This document shows, in pieces, positions 28,654 through 41,861 of a DNA stretch of 64,000 nt (the first letter of the stretch is position 1; the number at the start of each line of letters is the position of its first letter). The stretch covers positions 372,001-436,000 of the forward strand of contig JAQGDQ010000055.1 in assembly GCA_030141605.1 (NCBI GenBank), read 5' to 3'. The notes below the pieces were generated by a model that saw only the letters and a program-made list of their open reading frames with translations, had not been told where the DNA came from and did no database searches. The position numbers were made by a program, and so were the translations under genes. Origin of the DNA: Tubiluchus corallicola. Lineage: Eukaryota > Animalia > Priapulida.

Positions 28654-29126
28654 CAGTTAAAACACCACAACTTTGTTAAAACTTTTAATTTACATAGTTA
28701 AAAATCCATGTCAAATGTTTTGACAGAGCTACTGCTGTCATCATCAGCGGTAAATTTTTACAAACATACGACCGGTTTATATAGACAGAGCCTACAGTAT
28801 AGAACGTTATGCATTATGTGTTTAACAGAAGCCAAATAGATAATGAATAAGCAGACCAGTAGAAAAGAAATTCATACACTAAATTATGCACAAATTATGT
28901 GTTTACAAAAATCCAAATATGTAATGATTAAATGCATGATTTTGGCTTCAGTTAAATCCATAATTAATGCATAATGTTCTATATTGTAGACTCTGCTTAT
29001 ATAAACTGGGTGTATGTTTGTAAAAATTTACCACTGATATTGGCAGGAGTAGATCTGACGAAATGTTTGTCCTGATTTTTAACTATATAAATTAAAAGTT
29101 TTAATAAAGTTGTAGTGTTTTAACTA
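28654..29126. mobile_element. Foldback MITE with ~185-bp imperfect inverted arms (Tc1/mariner-like ends)
   Basis: Arm 28654-28836 is the reverse complement of ~28941-29126 (cagttaaaacaccacaactt...gaagccaaa / tttggcttc...aagttgtagtgttttaacta), flanked by TA. Confidence 0.85.
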
Positions 29127-30475
29127 TAAATGCTTTTAAGTGCCTGTAATAAAAAAAAATTACTGAAGTATATATCCTTAAAATTGCTTTTTTTGCTCTT
29201 AAGTATAAATTTCCAATTTCTGTGCCAGGGAATGTGAGAAGATGCCACAAGAGTTAATTTTGTACAATCCTAGTAGATTAGACTAGCTTTTCTGTGATCA
29301 TAATAACAAAACTGCACGTTGCATGTACAGTTTTACAGTGCTCTCTTCCGGATTTTCCACGAAGTTTGCTCCGTATTCCGTTGAAAGAGTTAGTTCACAA
29401 AACAGCACACTCTAACGCTGGCATCAATGCATATTGATGTAATTACTGGTGCATAATGTGAATAATTCCACTAGGAAAACTTTTATTTTGCTTAGCGAGA
29501 GTGCCGAAGCCTTGTTAATCATTGCAGATTTTGCCATTAGCACGTGAAATGCACAGAGGAATAGAGCAGACTGAGCAATTAGCAGATACGAGTATTTGTT
29601 CTTAGAAATATTTGCTCGTGTGTATTGACACTGTAGTTTTTTTGCAGTACTGTAAACATTTTCAGGGTTTTTCTTCCTAAAGTAAACTGCATGGCTTCTA
29701 TCTACATTCATGCCTCGCATTTTACTATTTCAGCATAATTTTCTTTCATAATTACCATCATTGAGCATGTTTCGATCAAGTTAAAGTGAAATCCCAGTCT
29801 CACCAACAATTTCTACCAAAAGTTTAAGAAGCAGGTGTTGAAGTGGTATTCCTATTGCTTTTGTAAAATAATTAAGTAATTACATAAATAATTTAGGAAT
29901 TTTGCTCACACCAATTGTTGTATACACGCAATTCGGCGGTCGGGCAGCCATTCACTCATGATGTTAAGGCAGGAAACTATAGTACCTCTTTTTAAATGCA
30001 AGAAACCGTTGCTAGCCGTTTACTGTCAGTTCCCGGGTTGGGAACTCGGGGTATTTTGCACACGTATAACGTACAAAAATGTTGCACGCCAAAAAAATGA
30101 ACTTCTGTATTACCAACAGTTCAACATGTGACAGCTCGTCAGACAAGTACAATAGCTACATTATCATTGACTACGTAAATACTGGCACAGACATCAGATA
30201 ATGCTTTTTGGACAATCCTGCCGTGACGTCATTCACAATACGCAGCCAAAGTTTGGCTAGTCCAGATACAGTATCGCAAATGTTCAAATTGATGAGATCT
30301 AATGCGTTTTATTAGTTAATTAATTCACATAGTTACACGCAGAAAAACTGGGGTATTTGATTTAGTTATTTCTTTTCTGCTGAAGTTGTTGATTTTCATA
30401 ATTATAAAAAATGATTGGGCATTTATTTCAATATTAAGGCTGAGCTCTGTTTGTATATTTTATTACGTTTTCTAG

Positions 30476-30681
30476 GCACATGGTACTTTGTCCATAGTCA
30501 ATCCGGCTGCAGTTGCACAGCAGCAGCTGGCAGCGCATCTGCCTCATCCGCAGATGGCCACAAGTCCCGTGCTTGCCTCGCCAGTAGGAAGCGCCACTGG
30601 CAACCCGCCGTGCTCAACTTTGTTTGTTGCTAATCTGGGCCAGTTTACGTCAGAACAGGAACTGAAGGACGTGTACAGCAG
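30476..30681 (+). CDS. cpo: cpo exon, linker and start of RRM2 (...NPPCSTLFVANLGQFTSEQELKDVYS)
   Basis: gttttctag acceptor, GTGAGA donor, 206 nt, phase 0/2. Confidence 0.92.
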
Positions 30682-31168
30682 GTGAGATTGTCTCTTGTAT
30701 GTTAGATCTTAAATTTCTGCTTGCTTAATGTGAAAAAGGTGTAACTCACTGCTTCTTAATTTAATGTAGCAAAACCATTATTAATACCAATATTCACTAT
30801 TATGTGTTGTCTGATATATCCTACTTCGTAACTGTTAAATTTTCAAGAAATCAGCTCGTATCAAATGTGTAATGATAATCGTTACATCACAGCTTCAGTT
30901 TTTGGTATTTGAAGAAGGAATCTGAATTCGTTAAGAAAATCAGCAGTGGTCATGTGTTCGAAAGCAACATTTTATTGCCACAGAACATCGTGACCCAGCT
31001 ATGTTTGGTGGGTCTTCATGTTCTATGACAATAAAATGTTTTGTAGTACGTTATTTGTGCTCGTTTTTAATTTTCCTTGTTTTTCTTTAGCACACTTTTG
31101 GATAATGTCTCGAGAAAGTCAAGAAATCAAAATTTTTTCCCTCGTTTTTGTATATTGAATAATAGTGA

Positions 31169-31310
31169 CCGGCTGGCGTAGCTCAATAGTAGCGTGCTCG
31201 CTTACCACCCGGGAGGATATGGGTTCAACTCTCGACCGAGTCATACCAAAGACTTGAAAATGGTACCGCTGGTTCTTCTACCAAGCATGCGGCTTTATCG
31301 AAGTAACGTG
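31169..31310 (+). mobile_element. tRNA-derived SINE
   Basis: A box tagctcaatagt, B box ggttcaactc, followed by a SINE-core-like gtcataccaaagacttgaaaatggtac. Confidence 0.7.
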
Positions 31311-31443
31311 TGGGTAATAATATTCGGGACAACCTTGGAAATAAGTATTGAGTTACTTAAGCTGTTGTCCTTGGAATATGTCCTAAACGAAATTATTATC
31401 AGAATGACATTTATTCATCTAATTCCTGTAAACGTTTTTCTAG

Positions 31444-31513
31444 TTTTCCCGGATTCCGGAGGCTGCGCATGCATAATAAAGGTGGATCTCCCGTAGCTTT
31501 TGTTGAATTTGAG
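31444..31513 (+). CDS. cpo: cpo exon (RRM2: SFPGFRRLRMHNKGGSPVAFVEFE)
   Basis: gtttttctag acceptor, GTTGGT donor, 70 nt, phase 2/0. Confidence 0.92.
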
Positions 31514-32172
31514 GTTGGTACACTTTGAAATAATTTGCTTATTTTGTTCAATCCAGGTTATATCGTCCATGTAATAAGTTTTTTGAACCGTTCCCCTCTG
31601 ACCGTAGATATCGTTCAGTTAATGCTAATTACCACAAGGACTTAGAATTCTTTCTGTCAGGTTGCATTTCGCACTGTCAACAGTAAATTTCAGTAAACTT
31701 GCAAATATTTATCACATTATATACACTCATTTCTCGGTTTGCTGGACAAATGCTGGGAGACGTCAGACTGAATTTGCCAATTGTCCATATTTACCGATAC
31801 TAAGCTACTACAGAACGCACCTTGTATTAGACTCACTGTAATGTAGAATCAATCATCTAATTGTCTCAAAAACGTCTAGTATGGGCCGCTTCTATGCAAA
31901 AGTATATTAAAACCGTCGGCAATTGACTCATATAACTCTGCATTATTGACTCTATAATTGACTCTGATTAAACCACTTAAACATGCTGACATACATACTG
32001 TCATTACACGCTGCTTGGTTACACTGATGTAAACAAAGTGACAGCCTGCCAACTAACAGTCAGCTCGCGAAACAACGTAGTATGCGGGGCTTTTTAACAG
32101 TCCAGATTTTGTCTGACTTCCGAAATCCATAAAAGTGAGGTCTGGCAAACTGAGATATGAGCGTATATATAC

Positions 32173-32212
<40 letters not shown>

Positions 32213-32829
32213 TCTATATAGACATATACGACAAATCTCCATTTTACTGTAATATGAAGAGTTGTCATACATATATTGTTTTCAGCTGTGAAATAGTTTG
32301 TATAAGGCTACAGGAAGTGACATAAAGTAACGAACGGTAGATCTGTAGTGAAGTTTCATACTGTTTATTATTTTTTATTTTGCTAAGCGCTGCATTATGT
32401 CTTATCTGCTTCCAAACAATACAACAAAGTTTACACAAAGTTTTGTAAATATCTGCTTGCAAATGGAGGAGCTTTTTGTATTATAATTTTGTTCGATAAA
32501 AGATTTATCATTTGGTGAATTTACACCATTTCAACTTGTAATAAATTAAGTTTGTGCATTTCATTAAAATTTTATTTTTGTCCTTTTTTGAATCACAATT
32601 GTAATGTGATATTTAAGCTCATCTTAGAAAGTAATATTATTATTATTATCACTGCTGTCTTATTCTGTTTCTTGTGTGCATTTTTACCATCTGTTTCACC
32701 TTAGATTACTATCAGTGTTTTGAAGTTGATTTAGAAAAGAAACTTGCTTCAACCACTACTAGGGTGTGACTTGGTTGTTAAAGTTCTCCCTCAGATGCAT
32801 GTTTCAAGAACGGAGATTTTTCTTTACAG

Positions 32830-32937
32830 GATGTTAGGACGGCTACGCAGGCGCTACACGGTTTACAAGGTTTTACGTTGCTTTCATCTGAACGTGGTGG
32901 GATGAGGATAGAATATGCTAAACACAAGATGGGCGAG
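32830..32937 (+). CDS. cpo: cpo exon (RRM2 end: DVRTATQALHGLQGFTLLSSERGGMRIEYAKHKMGE)
   Basis: tttctttacag acceptor, GTACAT donor, 108 nt, phase 0/0. Confidence 0.92.
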
Positions 32938-33330
32938 GTACATAAATGTACTAAGTTCTTTTCAAAGTGGTTGCCACAGCTGACTTATGTATTAGGGATG
33001 TCAGTAAGCTCTGCCAGTACCAAAGCTTCAAAACTGAATCCAAGAATAGTTCTATGTTACTTTAGATCCGACTCGATTCAGCAGATTTAAAAAAATCCGC
33101 TTAGCTTCGACTGCAGTGGCAATTCGGTAGCGGTTTATTACCAAAGCAAAAATACACCCTTATACCTTTACCAACCTTTTGCCAGAAGATGTTGAGGCTG
33201 AGGCTGAATTTGAACAAATGGGCCTAGCTCAACCTAAATTCGGTCCCGACTTTTTTTTCGGTCAAGTTTCCTTGTAAAATTTCTGAACTAATGAGTTCAT
33301 TCCATCACTTTCCAATAATCTTGAAGTTAA

Positions 33331-33760
33331 AGGAAAGCAGGATTATTTTTCATATCCTAGTCCATCTTGAAATGCAGTAAAAAGTATACATTTTAACACC
33401 TATAATAATGCCAAAGCATGTCTGATGATTATGTATTAGGTTTAAAATTTAATTAAGAGTGGGCAATCCTAACTAGTGGTGATGCCACAAGTGAACATTA
33501 TTTTTAACAGCAGAAACATTTCAAGAGCATGTTACACATGTTTGCAATAAATAAAAATTGAAGTACAGTACTACTGTACAACATTCAGTGTGATATCTCC
33601 GACATGTGCACATCACAACAGAACCCTTCTAAGCTGAGAGGTAGAGCACCTGTTTTTTGTGCAACACTTTTCCGAGATGCAGGCACTAGTATAGCCATCT
33701 AACTAGCAAATAGCGATAAATGTATGAAACAGCAAAGAACTAGTTGTGATGCCACTAATG
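33331..33760. mobile_element. Family K1 (Kolobok-like) degraded copy
   Basis: TTAA|AGGAAAGCAGGA left end plus shared core (ctgagaggtagagcacctgttttttgtgcaac...gatgcaggcactagt); right end unclear. Confidence 0.6.
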
Positions 33761-34630
33761 CCTTTGCGGCTTCTAAGGAGGTTTTGTTTTCATCGTCGTC
33801 GACTTGTTGATTTGTTTATTAGTTAACAAAATCTTGCAAAAATTAGTTCACCGATTTCAACAAAACTTTCTTGGGATATAACAGTTTTGACAATTATCGA
33901 TTGAGAATTGCAGGAAGAAAATCAATTTTTATTGTGTGGAAATATTCCGTGTGATGTCGCAAAAGAGCACAGCAGAAAAATTGCAAAAAAAACAAGGGTT
34001 GTTCTGTCATAAATGCCAAAACAATATTTGACAATTGAAGCAGCTGTACAGTTTAGTAAATATGTATATACAGTAAATATATTTTGCAAGCCTCGGTGGC
34101 AGTCTGAGTTCTACCAAGAGCTTTTCTAGTATCATGATTATTTTAGGTTTTTTAACATAATTTTATTGAAGATATAACAACAAACCAGGTTTGAAACAGA
34201 CAGCTTTACAACTGATATATGTTCTTCCCTAATGGGAGCGAAATGTTAGAGACAGATGGATAATAATGGTGACCACAATGTACAAGAAATGTTGCAATAA
34301 TTATGGACATTACTATATAAGAAGAGTAACATAGTTAATGTTATTTAAAGCACTGTTTGAAATAAAAGACTGCACTAATACAAAAATTTGATTGTTCACA
34401 AAATTATCTAGGGTATTGTTCCTATGCAGGAACAAACGAACGAGTTTTTTTGTTGCAAGACTGTAAACATTGATGTTAAAGGCTGACAAAAGAGTGCAGA
34501 GATTTGTAAATAAATCATGTCTGGCCTGTTGATAAGGAGGGCAGAATTTAATTTAGGTTTGATTGATGTTTATGCATGTTGAAATAAATGAGTTTCTTTT
34601 TTGTTAGCTTTTATTGCTTTGTTGTTTCAG

Positions 34631-34702
34631 CAGACAGGTCACAAGGAGGATTTGGTCGGTCAAAGCCCGGTGCCGCCACCTACCGTGAATGGGTACGTTT
34701 GA
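34631..34702 (+). CDS. cpo: cpo probable terminal coding exon ((Q)TGHKEDLVGQSPVPPPTVNGYV*), NAGNAG acceptor
   Basis: Long pyrimidine tract then ttCAGCAG; GC-richer in-frame segment ending TGA 34700-34702; followed by a long U-rich UTR-like region. Confidence 0.7.
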   Translation, partial: QTGHKEDLVGQSPVPPPTVNGYV

Positions 34703-36148
34703 GAGGCGCATAGTGTGTAGCGATAAGCAATAAGTTGTTTTCCATTGGCTTGGACTGCTCAAACTGCACTTGTTGATTAAGCATCTGTAGCGAGCGTGCT
34801 TAGTAACCATGGCTACAGCGTGTGCACACGCAAAGATGGATCCAGAAAACCGAGCTCTGGTAGAACGGCGGGCTTTTTCTTTTCAGTTTCGTAACTGTAC
34901 TGACCTGTACTGTTGTTGTTGTTTCGGAAATCCCGAAGTTGTTTCGATGGGTTTGCTTCTCTGGATTCGTAGTTGTACAGTGACTTTCTAAAATGTTATT
35001 AAACGTACGTGTGTTTTGGTGGATCGATACGATTGTTAATTAAAGTCATTTATAGAGTGACCAAAATGCGTAAGGTTTGAAATAAACAGATGAGATTATG
35101 TGTTTCTTAAATAGGTCTAGTATCCATTAATTGCTGTAAACAACAGCCATGCAAGTTCAAACTTCTATTAAGAGAAGGGTAAAAAAACACGTTCTCATTT
35201 CTCCTGTTTGTGATTTCTTTTGAGATTAAGTATACAGCGTAACTGTGGTTTATTCTTCAGTCTACATTACAATTCGGTTATCAGAACAGGCAGTTGTTGG
35301 ACTTTTCAATAAATTTCTATTGTACGTTTTTGACTATATGTATCACTACTTAACCATTTTATAAGTGTAATGCAGCAATACTCAAAAATTTTTGGACTTT
35401 TGTTTTGCACATATGTTCTCTATGTTCATTTACGTAGTCGACGAAACTCTGTACATTTCTGAGACAAAAATTTAATTTTTCGTCAAATCTTAACTAGCAA
35501 AAAATCGTGTCTAAGTTTAACAGCCTTTAGCTGTTTATTTTAATTGCACAAAGCAGAAATTAGAGAACGTTTAAAACACGAGAAATGCACACTGATTTTG
35601 CAGATTCAAAAATATACTTTTGTGCTTTAACGAAGCACAAAGTTTCATTCAGAGTGAAGTGGGCTTACTTTGCAAACAAATTTTGAATCATTTTGATACA
35701 TTCCACATCTTTTCCATTCCACATTGATTTTTTTATACAAGTGTTTAACTGTTTTACATTAGTTAACAAATCATGTAATTTCAAAGTTGAATGGCACATC
35801 TCACCTGTGCTGACATTATGGCCAGTATGTGGTATTACTTACTGTTAGTGATTGAACATAAATATTCATTTGACTTGAGACTTTGTGGTTTTCATTATAT
35901 GTACATGTAGAATCTATGCAACGAAGTTGTTTTAAGATGGTGGATCCACCTGTAGGCAGAAACAGAAACAGTTCCACCTATCTCACTGTCACTTACTTAT
36001 AAAGGGTTTAAAATTTTAGCAAAGGAAATTTTCACTTGTTTGAAAGAGTTTTTGTGTGCTATATTTTGACCTGACATTGAAAAACATTTTTAAACAAGTC
36101 AAACTTCGTACAAATTTTCAATTATGAATTTGACGACTAATTCTAAAG

Positions 36149-36520
36149 ATAAGCCTTTTCACAGTTCCAGCGATTGATGACGATTGTGAATAGTTCAAAG
36201 GTTAAGTGTACCACACAACGCATTTGTGTACACTTAACAACGCCTCTCAGCCCATGCTATTGTAATAGTAATTAAGAAAAGGGATGCATGCTAGCTGTAG
36301 AACCTTAGCTAGTTCATTTTTTCTTGTTCCCAAACAGGATACCGTACAGTCTATTGGATAATTAAGTAAAGTCCATGAAAACAACTTAAGTTGCTGAACT
36401 GGGCTTTGCTTTACCCACATGTCACGTGAGTGTTGTAGCTAAGACACGTTGCTGTAGTACACTTAACTTTTGACATACAGCAACGGCGCATCTGCACAAT
36501 GAAACTGTGAAAAGGCTTAT
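36149..36520. mobile_element. MITE family M3, inverted relative to the intronic copies
   Basis: ATAAGCCTTTTCACAGTT...AACTGTGAAAAGGCTTAT perfect 18-bp TIR. Confidence 0.8.
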
Positions 36521-39062
36521 TTGTAATTCAATACAAATTTGGAATTTATCAGGTGTTGGTAAATAACTATAATCTTGCTACTCTCTAATGCCTTGACATC
36601 TTAAAACGACATTTCTGAAAGCTTGCTCATTGCTGGTGCGTCTGTGTGGACGTAAAAAGTGGTTTTTGATGACATTTTCAAGTATATTTCATGTGTTAGT
36701 GACTTTACTCGGATGCATTGTGATGGCAATAGTTAATTGTAATAATCAATATTATCAAGTTTTTGTATAAAACGTATGCATTAGAGTTATGTGTCTGAAA
36801 TGTGCATTTAAACTTATTGGAGAAATTGAAGAATCTCGTTTATTTGGTTGCACTCATTTGTGTGATTTAAAATGCTTTTTCAAGGCTGCTTGGACTATTA
36901 TCGTTCTTTGTCTAGTGATTGCAACTTTGCCCTTTTTTGGCATAAAGTTACTTAAAGTCCAAGTCTGTAGGTATTATAAGTTTCGCTTAAAATAGCAGAC
37001 CTAAAATCAACAGCTTCAGTTGTGTTATACTGATTCGTTGCATTGCCTAAATGTTGTTACTTGAAGTTGTTCAGACTTCCAACTGAGAGTAAACAGTTGG
37101 GATCGTTGGTGACTTAGTGGTAAACGCTTTGTATTTTGTATTTTGTGAAATACGTGTTCAAATTGAAATTTTCATTTATCTACTCAGCATCACATGTGTG
37201 ATGGTGACAGTCGTGTTTAATTTTGTTTTTTAGTAAAGGAACTGGTTACCCATTGTCAGCTATAGACTTAGATCTATAACTATTATTATATTTGTTTTGA
37301 AAGACAATTATTTTTTTGTTATAACAAAATTTATTGTTTACACTTGCCATAGTTGATTGCTCTGTTAAATGCTGGATGAGATTTCTTTTGTCGTTTTTTC
37401 TGATAGATGGCACCACCTGACGTGTTCACTTGTCAAACTACCTATAATTATTTTGGTGATTATTGTTACAATAATCGATGTGACTTAACTCTTTCACATA
37501 GCAGTAGGTGATGATGAGGAGCGATTGTGGACGACTTTGATACAGATTTCATGCTGCTTGTGCCTTGAATACTCTTCGAGCGTTTCAGCTTTATTTTCTT
37601 GTCGGTTATCTAGCTTTAATTAAACAGCATTGGCGCAAGTGCACCATCTGTTGATTGCTGTGAAAACTTTTCATTATTGTCAAACAGCAGTTGGCGTGCT
37701 CTGCCTTTGCTTTTGTTTCAAAATGATATCATTAACCTGTCCGTCCATTTTCTCAATTTAACAATGTCCCGGCATGTTTATTATAGCTTGCTGGCTTAGC
37801 CCTAGGATGTGAGATTTCTTTAGCGTACGTGTTATTGTCGCAGCGTTTTGGAGTAGAATACGTTTTGTGTTTTTTGTGTGACCATACAATCATATTGCTT
37901 TGTGTAATAACAACGGACCAATTGTGATAGTTGCTTTATATATTTATGAGATTCAGGTTACGTTACGTCACAGTTCAGTTTATATGTAAAACTTATACTA
38001 GTAGCATTTGTATGTACATGTAGGAAGTCTGTGCAATTTTTAGGCAGACTTATATATATATTTTCATTTTTTCTATTTTATTTGAAATGATCGTCTCATT
38101 CAACTGCACAGTTTTGATCTACCAGTGAATCTGAAGAAGTTCCTTTTCATCGGAAAATTAGCACAATTCATTTTCTTTATTTGTGTAAAATTTGTGGAGT
38201 CACTTGATTTTTTTATTATATTGAAACTGTGCAAGTGAATAGAGTGACCATTCCTGAAAGAACGCATAATCATTCCCTATTTATTGTGACTTTTACAAAT
38301 CCCTTTTCCTTTTTAAAGGGAATGAGTTTATTTCATGATCGAGCATCGATCCTTAATTTATTAATGTCATTTTTCTTGCCTCGATTTTCGTTTGAATATT
38401 GATTTTTTTTCACAATGGATCTCATAACACTGTGCCCGTCAAGACCTAACTGTAAGTGTACAAATTTTTCAGAATTTTTGTAATTTTCTCAGTACTAATT
38501 TAAATCATGAACTAAATTAAATTGTACTATTCAAGTGTATTGACCAAATGCTTTTGCATTAAGTAAAATTTCATCAAATTTTCTTTTAGAATTCTTGCAT
38601 CAAACTAATAATTATATTTGACCAATTAAATAAGATGCACTTACAGGAATTGGTCAATGGCTCACAGCAATATTGACATTTGTGCCCCTAGTGGTTTTGA
38701 TTTGAAGTACAGGGTTAATTTTTAAATCTCACTGTAAACTATGGTAGCTATTGCTTACAATTTCCATATATTATAATTATTTTCCTTGTTATAATATTAT
38801 ATTACATAATTATATCTAGATGAAATTTTTGCATAATGAAGTAAATTAAAACTGATATTATAGCAAATTTCTTTTGTGTTATGTAATTTGATTTGCGCGC
38901 ATACCACAGGTCTTGTTTATACATTGTTAATGCAAAGATGTTTTAATTGTACGAATAAGATTTTGATTTGTAGCGTAACTGTGGAAGACTGAATAAATCC
39001 AGTCATTTATTATAGACATCTCATTGTTGTCTGTGAATGTTTTTAATCATATTCTTGTAATA

Positions 39063-39625
39063 CAGTCAAACCTCTATATTGCCTTCTTTGGGACTGCAAA
39101 AAAGTTGGCATTATAGCGAGTTTGGAATTGTAAACGAGGTGCATTAATTCTACATTTTCTATGCAGATATAGACATTTTGCTTTGTTAAAGGAAGACAGG
39201 ATGATTTTCATATGCTATCCCATTTTCAACAGCAAAAATGTTCCACGAGCGTGTTGCACGTGTTTGCAAAAGCGAAAATTGATGTACAGTGCTATTGTAA
39301 GATATTCAGTGTGTTGTACTAAAACTAGGTAAGTTTTAAGATAAAAATTCAGATTTCCCGCCGTGCTCACGCATCAACCTGTATAGTTCGTCACAAACTA
39401 ACACATCTGCATTGAGAAGTACAGCACCTGTTCTTTGTGCAATGCATTCTCGAAATGCAGGCGCTAGTGCCCGTCTAACTAGCGAAGGCAAAATGCATGT
39501 AACAGAGAACTAGCGGCGCGAACGTGAAATTGTGTTTGTGTGGTAATAATTGCGTTTGCTTTAAAAATTTGGACGTTAAGCGAGGTTGCCATTATAAATG
39601 GTGGTGTTATAACGAGATTTGACTG
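39063..39625. mobile_element. Tc1/pogo-like MITE carrying a nested K1 element
   Basis: TA|CAGTCAAACCTC...GAGATTTGACTG|TA. Confidence 0.8.
39190..39560. mobile_element. Family K1 (Kolobok-like) copy nested in the TA-MITE
   Basis: TTAA|AGGAAGACAGGA...GTTTGCT|TTAA with shared K1 core. Confidence 0.75.
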
Positions 39626-41031
39626 TACATGTATTTGAAAATATCATTACACATTAACAGTAGTAGTAGTTAATTTATTGACATATCCAAACATCACACA
39701 AAGTTATGACAGCATGTCCTTTAATTAATAACAAATACTCAAACTTATTCAGAGTGCAATTAAAACAGGTCAAAACATTTTTTGCAAAACTAGCTAGATC
39801 TACATGATTACTGATAGCACACAAGGTAGGAACATTAGTAAAGATGAAGCTGTTTGAATAAACGCATCTGAGGTGCACTGATTTAGGTCATTAACAAAAT
39901 ATGTTCCTCCGTCTGAATGCTAGTTGTGTCACAGGTACACAGGCGTTGTTCTCGAAGACTAGATCAGTGGTTCCTAACCTTTTACTTAGCCATGTACCTT
40001 TTAGAAATTCAGCGATCTGTCGCGTACAATATGAGTTTCAAGAAAACATTTCTACTTGAATGATTTAAATACACAAGCGTAATTTAATTACACAAGCAAA
40101 GCCGATAAACGAAACACCAAATTCAATAACAACCTGCAAAAAAGACAATCGGATGTCAAATCAGAAAACGAACTTGCAATTGAACTATGAAGTAGTCTGA
40201 ATCAAAAATATCTAAACATACAACAAGATAATAAGCAAAAGGCAATGATAACTATAACGCAAATAATGCGGTACAAATGAACATAAAAATAATCAAAATT
40301 CAAGCTGTCATATCGTCCATGCATAATTCAAAATGAGAAAAACAAAATAATAACAACAAAAAAAACAAATTAAATAAGCGAACTAGCGAAACAGAAATGT
40401 AAAATTAAATTTCAAACAGGGAACTGAATCATGCTGCAAAATAAACGCATTAAAATATAACAAAAGTGTCTGAATAATAAACAAAGCAAAAGAAAAACAA
40501 ATAACAGCCAAGTTTGAGTCAGATAGCGAAAATTGATACTGCTGACTAATTTATGACTGTAATTCATACAGTCCTATCCTAATGTATACATAAATATGAT
40601 ATTTTCCTAGATTATAAACTTATGACAGATTTCTGCTATCATGAAGCACTATTATAACATATATGTGTACTCGGAAAATTTTCAAAATAGAAAAATAACT
40701 GTAAATGTATGAGGAACAATAATGATAAGTGTAAGCGAAATTTTCGAGAAACTGATCTAAAGAAGGAATTGTTAGTGAATTCTCTCGGAAGTTTATTCCA
40801 CAGCAAAGTGCCATTATGTTTTAAGGTACTTAGCCCAAAAGAAATAAGGTATTACAATTTTAATGTTAAGATTACATTAATCAATTACCCACGGGTATTT
40901 CAGAATCAAAATTAATAGCTATTAGTGAGAGTCACTCTACTGTGAGCGATCTAACATTGGAAAAACTAAATTCGGTTGGTCAGCTATAAGGAATATTTGG
41001 ATGAATTTTGGACTGTCCTTGACCACTGGAA

Positions 41032-41105
41032 GATATAGTGGCCGGTTGGTCTTAGGCGTCTGGCGTGCAAGTAGAATGTCCCTGGTTCAAATCCAGGCTG
41101 TATCC
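41032..41105 (+). pseudogene. tRNA-like cloverleaf (TGC/Ala-type anticodon position), probably a tRNA pseudogene or SINE head
   Basis: Acceptor gatatag/ctgtatc, D stem gcc/ggc, T arm cctgg-ttcaaat-ccagg, TTTT at 41110; anticodon stem has a G.G mismatch and G at position 33. Confidence 0.6.
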
Positions 41106-41861
41106 CTACTTTTCACACTTTGCCATTTCCGTTACCTTCTTCCGAGGGATCACAATAGGCTCGGAGATCGAAGGAGTTCATGCTAGGCTGATTTTGCACC
41201 TCATTTCTAGCATTTCTGTAGTTGCCACACATCAACGGAGTTTCAGTCAAAAAATAAACAAAAAATTGCCCCTTTTGGTTCATGTAAGAGCTTGCAGAGA
41301 TTGGAGAAAAATTTTAAACGAAAATTAGAAATTAAAGTGTGGAGTGACTTTTGAGACATCCTGTATCTTACAACTTTGCCTACTCTGGTCCAAACGAAGC
41401 CAGTTCGTGTATGAGAGTTTACTAATCTACTGCTTTTAAAAATTATTAAACTGAGTAAGTTTACAAAAAAGAGAGAAAAGAGAGATAAACAGAGACTTAT
41501 CTTTATAAGTCTTCTTTCACATTGCATCATGGAATTCTTGAATGGTTACTTCAAAGAAGTCCGTTAAGACACCAAACCATATACAAGTTAGAAGTGAAGA
41601 GGCTTCCTTTATCAAAAAAAGGTTTTAAATACAGTGATACATATTACTTTAGGCTACCAACTTTAGATCTAGCAGCTAAATCATGTTTCTCACACGATTT
41701 CTTTTGAAACTTTCAAAGTAAGTCCGACAAAAATCGTGCGTGTGTCAGTTGCCGTTACAAATACAACAGATGGAGAAAACAGTCACAAATTAATAACTTA
41801 ACTAAATTAATTAACACTAAACACAATGATTTCTATTAAACAGCGCGTCTATCCTATTCGT

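Noticed and set aside
32053-32272. ORFs with YIYIYI
   Set aside because: (AT)n microsatellite translation
34430-34486. Alternative cpo terminal exon (EQTNEFFCCKTVNIDVKG*)
   Set aside because: Weaker pyrimidine tract than at 34631 and no supporting homology; cannot be excluded without RNA data
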